A stretch of DNA of 64,000 bases from an uncultured Victivallales bacterium (lineage in GTDB: Bacteria; Verrucomicrobiota; Kiritimatiellia; UBA8416; JABMPJ01): NCBI GenBank assembly GCA_964345005.1, contig CAYFPQ010000002.1, positions 48,219-112,218 of the forward strand. Direction: 5' to 3'. Each line of letters opens with the position of its first letter. Position 1 is the first letter of the stretch. The notes beneath the pieces are model-generated. The model made no database searches. It saw only the letters and a program-made list of their open reading frames with translations, and was not told the origin of the DNA. This document shows positions 56,861-64,000 of the stretch, in pieces. The position numbers were made by a program, and so were the translations under genes.

Positions 56861-57591
56861 GGAACTTCCTGACCATCTGGTTTCGCGAGCTGTCGGCCTG
56901 CTTTCTGTCACCGGTAGCTTACGTGCTGATGGTGGTATTCCTTGCGGTGGCATCGGGCACGTTCCTGCTTGAGGTCACGCAGGCGCCAGTGCTGGAGCAG
57001 CCTGTAACGGTGGCATTGTTCGAGGCGATCGTTGTGTGGCTCACGATCCTCGTAACGGTGGTCAGCATGCGTCTTTTCGCTGAGGAGAAACGTTCGGGGA
57101 CGCTCGAGACACTTATGACGGTGCCGGTGACCGAGGGACAGATCGTTCTCGGCAAATACGCCGGAGCCCTGTCGTTCCTGGTCTTGGTTACTTTCCCGAT
57201 CGCTATCACGCTCGCCCTGTTGGTGGCAGTAAGTCCGTCCGTGCAGTTCAGCGACCTGGACCTTGGCGCGCTCTTGACCGGTGGCGCGATCCTGGTTCTC
57301 GTATCGTCGCTGCTCGTATCGGTGGGCCTGCTGGTTTCGCTCCTGACCCGTAACCAGATCATTGCGGCGATCTGCTGCTTCTGTGCGGTATGGGGCGTGT
57401 TGCTTTTCGGGTGGATCGTCACGTTGATCTCGGGCGGTGCGGTCCAGGTGGCAATGATCACAGTCACGGATCACATCCGTGACTTCTCGCGCGGTATGGT
57501 CGACACACGCCCGCTGGTGTTGTACGTCACCGGCACGGCATGGTTCCTCTTTGCGTCCGTGCGTGTACTTGAGTCGAGGCGGTGGAGATAG
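56857..57591 (+). CDS. ABC-2 family transporter permease (GldF-like)
   Basis: six TM helices, 244 aa, ATGA-coupled to the ATPase gene. Confidence 0.8.
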   Translation: MRNFLTIWFRELSACFLSPVAYVLMVVFLAVASGTFLLEVTQAPVLEQPVTVALFEAIVVWLTILVTVVSMRLFAEEKRSGTLETLMTVPVTEGQIVLGKYAGALSFLVLVTFPIAITLALLVAVSPSVQFSDLDLGALLTGGAILVLVSSLLVSVGLLVSLLTRNQIIAAICCFCAVWGVLLFGWIVTLISGGAVQVAMITVTDHIRDFSRGMVDTRPLVLYVTGTAWFLFASVRVLESRRWR

Positions 57592-57596
57592 CGGCT

Positions 57597-59096
57597 ATGG
57601 CTAACGGACAGGAAGCAAGCCGAAGCATCTGGAGGCATCGCGGGCGCCGGTTCGCGACCGGTCTCAACGTGCTGATTTCCCTGGTACTGGCGCTTGCCGC
57701 GACCGTGATCATCAATGTTATGGCCATGCGCTACTATGTGCGGTGGGACTTGAGCCGCCACCACTACTACCGATTGTCCGAGAAATCCGCGCAATTCCTG
57801 GCTTCGCTGGAGGGAACGGTGCGGAGTATCGTCTTCTTCCAACAGGGCCACCGGCACTACGAGGATGTTAAAGCGCTTCTGAAGGAGTTCGAGTACACGG
57901 CCTCAAAGAACCCCGCGCTGGAGCTGGAGATCGAGTTCGTCGATCCGGATCGCGATCTCGCGCGCGTTCGTGCGCTGGCCTCGGACTACGACGTGGACGA
58001 CCCCAACGTCGTAGTGTTCGACTGTGCCGGGCGGCGACGCTACGTGGAAGTGGATGACATTGCCACGTACGAAACGCGTGTCGAAGAGGGGCGGATCATC
58101 AAGGACCTGGTCAGCTTCCACGGCGAACAGGCGTTTGCTTCGGCCATCCATGCTGTGGTGCAGCCGGAGAAGCCGGTGATCTACTTCCTGGGCGGACATG
58201 GAGAGCGTGACGTCACCGACTACCATCCCGCAACCGGATACTCCATGCTGGCGCGGGCGCTCCGGCGTGACAACCTCGAGGTGCGCGCCCTCATGCCGGC
58301 CGCAGCTGGCGGTATTCCGGCCGATTGTGGAGTGCTCGTTGTGGCAGGACCCTCTAAGCGACTGTCGCGTGAAGAAGTCGAGTTGATCGAAGACTACCTC
58401 AACCGGAACGGGCGTGCGTTGTTCCTGCTGGATCCCTACGTTGAGACCGGGCTCGACACACTGCTCGAGAAGTGGGGCATCCGTGTGGCGCGCCAGGTCG
58501 TGGTTGGCATGACACTCACCGGCCGGGAGCTGGTGGTCTCGCACTATGGCGAGCATCCGATCACGCGTAACCTGCGGAATGTTCAGACGATGTTCTATCT
58601 CCCTCGCATGCTGCAACCGGTGGCGGGGTCCAGCGGCGGCAGCGACCAGGTCGATCGGCCGTCGGTAACCATACTGGCCAGCAACAGCGACAAGGGGTGG
58701 GCTGAAGCTGATCCGGACATGCGCCCGCCACGCTTTGATCCCGCGGCGGACCAGCGCGGACCCGTTCCGCTGGCGCTCGCATCGGAGCGTGGCAACGTGG
58801 CCGGGCTCGACATGGAGATCAAGCCCACTCGCCTCGTTGCGATCGGCGATTCGTACTTCGTCTCCAACGCCTCGTTGAAGACCGGCGTGGGTGGCAATGT
58901 GGACTTCTTCATGAGCGCGGTCAACTGGTTGCTCGAGCGCGAAGCGCTCATGGCTATTTCGCCACGCGATCCGTTCCGTGTGGAGCTGTCCCTTGACCGT
59001 AAGCGTGTGCGCTTGCTCTTCGTGCTTGCGGTGTTCGCGGTGCCCGGTGTGGTCGTACTGACCGGTGGGTTGATCTGGTGGAAGCGGCGTCGATGA
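57597..59096 (+). CDS. GldG-like ABC-transport auxiliary protein (ABC_transp_aux family)
   Basis: N-terminal TM anchor, large periplasmic domain, C-terminal TM; position after ABC-2 permease; start MANGQEA. Confidence 0.75.
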   Translation: MANGQEASRSIWRHRGRRFATGLNVLISLVLALAATVIINVMAMRYYVRWDLSRHHYYRLSEKSAQFLASLEGTVRSIVFFQQGHRHYEDVKALLKEFEYTASKNPALELEIEFVDPDRDLARVRALASDYDVDDPNVVVFDCAGRRRYVEVDDIATYETRVEEGRIIKDLVSFHGEQAFASAIHAVVQPEKPVIYFLGGHGERDVTDYHPATGYSMLARALRRDNLEVRALMPAAAGGIPADCGVLVVAGPSKRLSREEVELIEDYLNRNGRALFLLDPYVETGLDTLLEKWGIRVARQVVVGMTLTGRELVVSHYGEHPITRNLRNVQTMFYLPRMLQPVAGSSGGSDQVDRPSVTILASNSDKGWAEADPDMRPPRFDPAADQRGPVPLALASERGNVAGLDMEIKPTRLVAIGDSYFVSNASLKTGVGGNVDFFMSAVNWLLEREALMAISPRDPFRVELSLDRKRVRLLFVLAVFAVPGVVVLTGGLIWWKRRR

Positions 59097-61000
59097 GCTA
59101 TCGAACCACATTGGTGCTACTTGTGATCGTTGGCCTGCTGTGTGCGGCCCTGTGGCTGATGCAGCAGAGCATGGAGTCAACCGATCGTCGTCTCGCCCTG
59201 GCGGGGCGGGTGCTGGACGTTGACCTGTTGCACGCCGACTCCCTCGTGGTTCAACAGCAGGGCGAAGAGATTGAAATCGAGCGGCGAGGGGGCGAGTGGT
59301 GGATCGTGCGGCCGATCGAAGCACGCGCCGATGAAGCCAAGGTTGGTCGTCTTCTGAGCACTTCTGAAGCCCTTACGTGTATCGAAACCATCACCCGCGA
59401 GCAACGTGAGCATCGTGCGCTCAGTTTGGGGGATTATGGTCTAGACCTTCCCCGGATCTCGGTGACTTATAGTACCCCACTTGGCACGTGCCGGCTGTTG
59501 ATCGGCCATGACGCGAGCCTGGGCGAGCGGACATACGTGCGGATAGACGGCGAATCAGAGGTGATGCTTGCTGAAGGCGATCTTCGCGCCGCGTTGCCTG
59601 AATCGCTCGAATCACTGCGTGACCGTGTGCTTCTGCACGGACAACCGGCCCGGGTGACGCGCGTGGAACTCGAACGGCCCGATGGTGGGTTTGTACAGCT
59701 TCTTGTCGGGCCGGAGGGGTGGCACCTGCAACAGCCGGTGCGTGAACCGGCTGACGCCATCGTGGTAGACGCGCTGCTGGATGCATTGTTCGCCGCACGA
59801 ATCGAACAGTTTGTGTGGGACCCGCCAGTGGGAGTAGCGCCCGTGGCGGCTGACGCGTCGCCAGTGGTGGATGCACCCACGGCGCCGGTCGAATCCTATG
59901 GCCTGGCGGCTGACACGGCGCCCGCACGATTGCGCGTCTGGTTTGCGGGTGACGATTTGGGGCGCGAGTTGACCTTTGGAAAGCCGGTAGAGGCCGAAGG
60001 CAATTTCGTATACGCCATGTTCACCGAGAGCGGGTCAGTCTTCACGCTGGATGCCGGCCTTCTTGAGCAATGCCATTTGCCGGTTGACGATCTGCGCAGC
60101 CGTACGCTGGTGCGGCTTGACCCGGGACGCGTTCGCTTCCTGGCCGTGCAACAGGGCGACAGAAAGCTAACACTTGGTCATACCCCGGATGCGGGCTGGT
60201 CGATCCTCGAGCCGATTCAGTGGTCGGCTGACCGCGAAATCGTGGCGGATGTGCTGCGTACGCTCACAGGAGCCAGGATCCAGTCATTCGTCGATACACC
60301 GGCCACGAATCCACCCGCGTCTACAGACGATACGGCTTTGCGCCTGACACTGGACACCGTTTACCCGCCACAGGCGGCCAACGCCGACGAGCCGGGGGCC
60401 AAGATGGACCACACTGCAGGGCGTTGCGAACTGGTAGCTGTCGAGAATGGCGCAGACGACCAGATGCTCGTGCAAGTTGCAGGCCGCCCCGGCCGGTTCC
60501 GCGTGGCGCGCGATGCCCTTGTGCTTCTGCCTGAGGCCGCGGCGCTGCCATTTGCCTTCTTCGACCGGACGGTTCTGGCTGTGCCGCCGGACAGCGTGCA
60601 GCGCGTCGTTATGAAGCGCGCAGATGTCGAGCAGATCCTTGAGCGCGGTGCGGACGGGACGTGGGCGGCGCCCGGGGGAGTGGAAGGACGGCCAGATGCG
60701 CAGGTGCTGTCGGACATACTCTTCCGTGTGTCAAATCTTCGGGCGGTACGCGTGGCGGATCAGCATCCCAAGGATCTGGCAGTGTATGGCCTCGACGAGA
60801 CTGAGACGTCACTCACAGTCGGTCTCACAGACAGCGATGCGATTCAGAAGACCATCTTGATCGGCTCGCCCTCGGGAGGCGGAGGGCGATACGCGATGAT
60901 CCAGGGCCAGGAAGTCGTATTTGTTCTGAGTGAGACCGTGGCGAACGGTCTGCTGCGCGATCTCGTGGCCGTGTCGGAAGAAGCCAAAGATGAGCCGTAA
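59093..61000 (+). CDS. DUF4340-domain protein
   Basis: N-terminal TM, 640-aa periplasmic protein in the position DUF4340 proteins occupy after gldG-like genes; ATGA overlap. Confidence 0.6.
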   Translation: MSYRTTLVLLVIVGLLCAALWLMQQSMESTDRRLALAGRVLDVDLLHADSLVVQQQGEEIEIERRGGEWWIVRPIEARADEAKVGRLLSTSEALTCIETITREQREHRALSLGDYGLDLPRISVTYSTPLGTCRLLIGHDASLGERTYVRIDGESEVMLAEGDLRAALPESLESLRDRVLLHGQPARVTRVELERPDGGFVQLLVGPEGWHLQQPVREPADAIVVDALLDALFAARIEQFVWDPPVGVAPVAADASPVVDAPTAPVESYGLAADTAPARLRVWFAGDDLGRELTFGKPVEAEGNFVYAMFTESGSVFTLDAGLLEQCHLPVDDLRSRTLVRLDPGRVRFLAVQQGDRKLTLGHTPDAGWSILEPIQWSADREIVADVLRTLTGARIQSFVDTPATNPPASTDDTALRLTLDTVYPPQAANADEPGAKMDHTAGRCELVAVENGADDQMLVQVAGRPGRFRVARDALVLLPEAAALPFAFFDRTVLAVPPDSVQRVVMKRADVEQILERGADGTWAAPGGVEGRPDAQVLSDILFRVSNLRAVRVADQHPKDLAVYGLDETETSLTVGLTDSDAIQKTILIGSPSGGGGRYAMIQGQEVVFVLSETVANGLLRDLVAVSEEAKDEP

Positions 61001-62096
61001 GCGCCCTTTCTCGGTGCAACACCTCCTGCGGTATGCCGTGCAAGGTACCGCACTGGGCCTGGTAGTCACCGCGCTCATCATGCTGTTCACATCTGACCGC
61101 GAGACGTTCGCACAGCTTCGCGACTTTCCGCTCTACTTCCTCCCGCTCATGCTGGCCATGGTCTGTGTGGCGTGGATCTGTGCAGGAACGCGTCTTTGGC
61201 TGATCTCGCGGTCCATGGGTTACGGGTTCCGCTACCGCGACATGCTGACCATGGGGCTGGCTTCCGAGTTCGGCGTCTCGGCTTCGCCGGCGGGAGTGGG
61301 CGGTGCGGCGGTGCGCATGGGGTATCTTCATCGCGCGGGCGTGCCGATGCATTCGGCGCTTACGATCTTCGCGGCCGACTCGGTGCTCGACACAATCTTC
61401 TTCTTTCTACTGAGCCCCATCACGATTGTGATCATGGCGCGTGACCCGACCTGGTGGGGCATTGCACGAGGTGGGCTGAAGCTGGGGCCGGAAACACTGG
61501 TGGCGTTGGCCGGAATGGTCCTGGCGATCCTGCTGATCGTCAGGTTCTGGTCGGTCATCATGCGTTCGATCAACCGCTTGGTTGTACGCGTCCCCGGCAG
61601 CGCACGTTTCCGTCTGCCTGCAAGGTGGCGTCACCTTCAGCACATGGTGAAGCGAACCGTACACCGGGCTTGGACAGGCACCCATTTCCTTGTTCGGTCT
61701 CGGCGATGGGTATTGCTGGCCAGCCTGGCATTGTCCGGTACGCAGTGGGTCTGCCGTTACGGCATTCTGCCACTCATTCTGTTGGCGTTCCACGCAGCCC
61801 GCAATCCCGTACCGCTTCTGCTGCTTCAGGGATTCTTCTTCGCCGTAGCCCTGGTGCTTGTCCTGCCCGGTGGCGGCGGTGGTATCGAGCTGCTGACTAC
61901 AGCGATTCTGCGCTACTTCGTTCCCATGAATCTTGTGGGGGCGGTGGTACTCCTCTGGCGGCTGTTCACATACCACCTCTACCTCTTGGTGGGGGGTATT
62001 GTGTTTGCGCGGACCTGTCACCGCCGTATGCCGCTGACAATCCTCGAGAACCATCACGGCGACCTGATGGCGCACATGGACCGGGTGCATGGCTAG
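60990..62096 (+). CDS. flippase-like membrane protein (lysylphosphatidylglycerol-synthase TM region / UPF0104 family)
   Basis: 8 predicted TM helices; LRYAVQGTALGLVV..., ...GGGGIELL motif typical of LPG_synthase_TM; start MSRKRPF. Confidence 0.6.
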   Translation: MSRKRPFSVQHLLRYAVQGTALGLVVTALIMLFTSDRETFAQLRDFPLYFLPLMLAMVCVAWICAGTRLWLISRSMGYGFRYRDMLTMGLASEFGVSASPAGVGGAAVRMGYLHRAGVPMHSALTIFAADSVLDTIFFFLLSPITIVIMARDPTWWGIARGGLKLGPETLVALAGMVLAILLIVRFWSVIMRSINRLVVRVPGSARFRLPARWRHLQHMVKRTVHRAWTGTHFLVRSRRWVLLASLALSGTQWVCRYGILPLILLAFHAARNPVPLLLLQGFFFAVALVLVLPGGGGGIELLTTAILRYFVPMNLVGAVVLLWRLFTYHLYLLVGGIVFARTCHRRMPLTILENHHGDLMAHMDRVHG

Positions 62097-62101
62097 TAGT
62101 G

Positions 62102-62131
62102 CCCGGCCCGCCCGGAGGTCGGGCCCTACCC
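62102..62131. repeat. REP-like unit (copy D, single unit)
   Basis: cccggcccgcccggaggtcgggccctaccc matches the GGCCCGCTCGGAGAnCGGGCCCTACC unit. Confidence 0.55.
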
Positions 62132-62179
62132 AGCGCTTGAATGCGCCAGACGGCCGCGAATCGACGCGAGGTACAGACT

Positions 62180-62599
62180 TCAGTACGCCTGCTGTACGAA
62201 ATGCTTGAGGATGTAGTCCATGGACTCTTCGAGGCTGGGCAGGATCTTGGTGCAGAACTTCACCATCCAGGGATTGCACTCCTTGAACTCGAAGGGGCTG
62301 AATCCGACGACGAATTTCTGCAGGTCATGTGAGGCGTAGAAGACCTCCATGGAGGTGCCGATCGACGGCTTGTTGTAGTTGACCAGCACGATGTCGGCAT
62401 CGCGCACATCCTGCAGGTCAAACTCGACAATCTCGTTGGCGCTGTCGACTTCGCGATCCTTGAAATTGCGGCGCATGGGGTCGAGCATGACGAAACGGCG
62501 GCCAAGTACTTCATGGGCGAGCCGACGCCATTCGCGGGCCGTACCTTCGTGTTCATCCATAATGGGGCCGCACAGGTAGATTCTTGGCATATTTGCATT
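62180..62599 (-). CDS. nucleoside 2-deoxyribosyltransferase-like protein
   Basis: PRIYLCGPI N-terminus and SIGTSMEVFYA motif of the NDT-like family; start MNANMPR leaves a 14-nt gap to upstream gene. Confidence 0.6.
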   Translation of the reverse strand, partial: NANMPRIYLCGPIMDEHEGTAREWRRLAHEVLGRRFVMLDPMRRNFKDREVDSANEIVEFDLQDVRDADIVLVNYNKPSIGTSMEVFYASHDLQKFVVGFSPFEFKECNPWMVKFCTKILPSLEESMDYILKHFVQQAY

Positions 62600-62613
62600 C
62601 ATGGCCGCTCTTC

Positions 62614-63717
62614 TCACTCCTCCAAGGCCCCGCACAGCGACAGCAGGAAATCCCGATTGTCTGCGGAGGCATAACGCATCGTGCCTCCCATTCTGCTAAA
62701 GGTCTTGCAGTATCGCAAATAATAGGCCGGGTTGTCCATCGGCGGCTCGCCCTCGGTTCCCCAGTCCCATGTTGCTGCTGCCAGATCCACGACGCCGATG
62801 AAATGATCGTCGATATGCTCACCCACCTGGTGTTCCACGTTCTGAGCCATGGAAAGGGCCTTCTCGAAGATCATGGGTGACATCACGGCGGAACCGACAG
62901 AAAGATAGACGCCGCCCCCAATTCGCGTGATGGAATCGGCGAAGCGGAGGTAGTCGCGCTGGGCCGTTCGGCCGATTGCCGGGCCGTGGTTCATGGGGTG
63001 GTTATAGATGATGTCGTGGCCGAACATCGGGTGGCCCGTAAACGGGATGCCCAGTCGGAACGCAGCGGCTTGAGCGCTGAACTGCTTGAACGGGTGAGGA
63101 ATCTCGAGGCGCCCGGGAGCGAGATCGAAGTCCCGCACGGCGGCCAACAAGTCCGCCGCAGCCGCAGCGCGCTCCGGATCTTCCTTCGCGGCTGCTGCCG
63201 CCACACACAGATCGTCAGCAGCGGGAATGTCGAGTCCGCCAGTCTCGATCATGGCGCCGACGGACTCACCGTAACCGCGTCCCTCCCACGCTCCGATCCG
63301 CAAAGCAAGGTTGATGTAGCGCCCCGTCTCTTCCCAGATGCCGAACTGACCGGCCGCGACATTGGCGCGCACATCCTCACTGGTCTCGCCTTGGAAGGCG
63401 AACTCCCAGTCATGAATAATGCCGGCTCCGTTTGTGGCCAGATGGGTAACCCAGCCCTGTTCCATCAGACTAACGAGAACGGAACCAAGGCCGTTCTTGA
63501 TCGTGTGAGCCCCAAACGCCAGGATCACCGACCGATTGCCATCGCGAGCGGCGCGAATCCGGTCAGCAGTTTCGCGGACGACGTCAGCAGCCTCTTGGGA
63601 AAGCGCGCGCGGGCTTGCACCGACAGGAACGAGATCGCTTTCGATGCTCAGCTTGTTCTTTCGCTCCGAGAGGGCAAGCACATGGAGACGATGGCGGTCG
63701 AATTCAGAATACGGCAT
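62614..63717 (-). CDS. deoxyhypusine synthase-like family protein
   Basis: ILAFGAHTIKNGLGSVLVSLMEQGWVTHLATNGAGIIHD parallels DHS (FLGYTSNLISSGIRE..VDVLVTTAGGVEED) and ITRIGGGVYLS parallels DHS GGGxxKH region. Confidence 0.5.
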   Translation of the reverse strand: MPYSEFDRHRLHVLALSERKNKLSIESDLVPVGASPRALSQEAADVVRETADRIRAARDGNRSVILAFGAHTIKNGLGSVLVSLMEQGWVTHLATNGAGIIHDWEFAFQGETSEDVRANVAAGQFGIWEETGRYINLALRIGAWEGRGYGESVGAMIETGGLDIPAADDLCVAAAAAKEDPERAAAAADLLAAVRDFDLAPGRLEIPHPFKQFSAQAAAFRLGIPFTGHPMFGHDIIYNHPMNHGPAIGRTAQRDYLRFADSITRIGGGVYLSVGSAVMSPMIFEKALSMAQNVEHQVGEHIDDHFIGVVDLAAATWDWGTEGEPPMDNPAYYLRYCKTFSRMGGTMRYASADNRDFLLSLCGALEE

Positions 63718-63795
63718 GGGTATCGGACGTCCCTTCGTTTTGGATCATGATGGGACGTCCGAAACAGGAATACAAGCGCGATCAGAAAGAGGGCT

Positions 63796-64000
63796 TATCC
63801 CTTGACCGTGCCGTCTACGCCGACGATGACTTCTTCGAAGGCAAGATCGGTACGGCCGCTCTCCGCCACGGCTTGCTCCACAATCTGAGTCAGGCCGCCA
63901 CAGCAGGGCACTTCCATACGCAGGACGATAACTTTGGGGATGGTCTTGTCCTGGAGAACAGCCGCCAGCTTGCCGACATAGGGTTCCGTCCTATCCAGTT
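63796..64000 (-). CDS. partial CDS (C-terminal part only; N-terminus beyond window), unknown function, Cys-rich (MEVPCCGG)
   Basis: reverse-strand frame reads ...LDRTEPYVGKLAAVLQDKTIPKVIVLRMEVPCCGGLTQIVEQAVAESGRTDLAFEEVIVGVDGTVKG-stop, ending at 63796; not in ORF track because truncated. Confidence 0.4.

Overview
This is a high-GC (about 60-65%) bacterial chromosomal window, densely coding on both strands. Gene content suggests a PVC-type (Verrucomicrobia/Planctomycetes-like) Gram-negative organism: SHD1-domain secreted proteins, a GspG-like pseudopilin domain, caspase-like peptidases, many sigma-54 two-component systems, and Ser/Thr kinases with PE-repeat ectodomains. This is a guess from content, not a database hit. 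I saw no rRNA, tRNA, CRISPR array, transposase or integrase.

Core genes found include:
- gnd, purL, mutY, cdd, pyrimidine-nucleoside phosphorylase, lgt, a RluA-family pseudouridine synthase, a family-4 UDG, HtrA/DegP and uvrC
- glycan genes: two GT2, a GT1, a zinc-ribbon SAM methyltransferase, a Wzx-like flippase and a GT9 heptosyltransferase
- a GldA/GldF/GldG-like ABC operon followed by DUF4340 and an LPG-synthase-like membrane protein
- two sigma-54 HK/RR pairs, each associated with an AraC paralog that has an unusual N-terminal domain
- three VapBC-type TA pairs and a class-II Fic protein in its own low-GC pocket

The candidate undescribed systems are the following.
- A roughly 10 kb lower-GC region (20415..30359) contains a strictly co-directional, translationally coupled operon (28319 -> 24396). 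The operon encodes a secreted Ig-like/DUF4019 protein, an RDD membrane protein, a 233-aa two-TM protein with no recognisable domain, a DUF1016/YhcG PDDEXK nuclease, a DUF2007 protein and a lipoprotein. Further DUF2007, DUF1648/SdpI-like membrane proteins and a DUF4143 AAA ATPase lie downstream. I propose this as a candidate envelope-associated system of unknown function, possibly defense or immunity.
- The module AraC -> PAS-HK -> sigma-54 RR -> predicted sigma-54 promoter (CTGGCACgcccaCTGC) -> secreted caspase (C14) peptidase.

Other features worth a second look:
- A 150-nt nested-hairpin element with pseudoknot complementarity (9097..9243) next to a strong bidirectional terminator.
- A REP-like palindromic unit family (GGCCCGCTCGGAGAnCGGGCCCTACC) at four intergenic loci.
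- 9-mer and 12-mer tandem repeats directly upstream of htrA and uvrC.
- An N-terminally truncated BlaR1-type M56 peptidase.
- A GspG-like pseudopilin domain behind a lipoprotein signal peptide.

Gene starts are often uncertain because the ORF track allows GTG/TTG starts and long N-terminal extensions; where I changed a start I say so.
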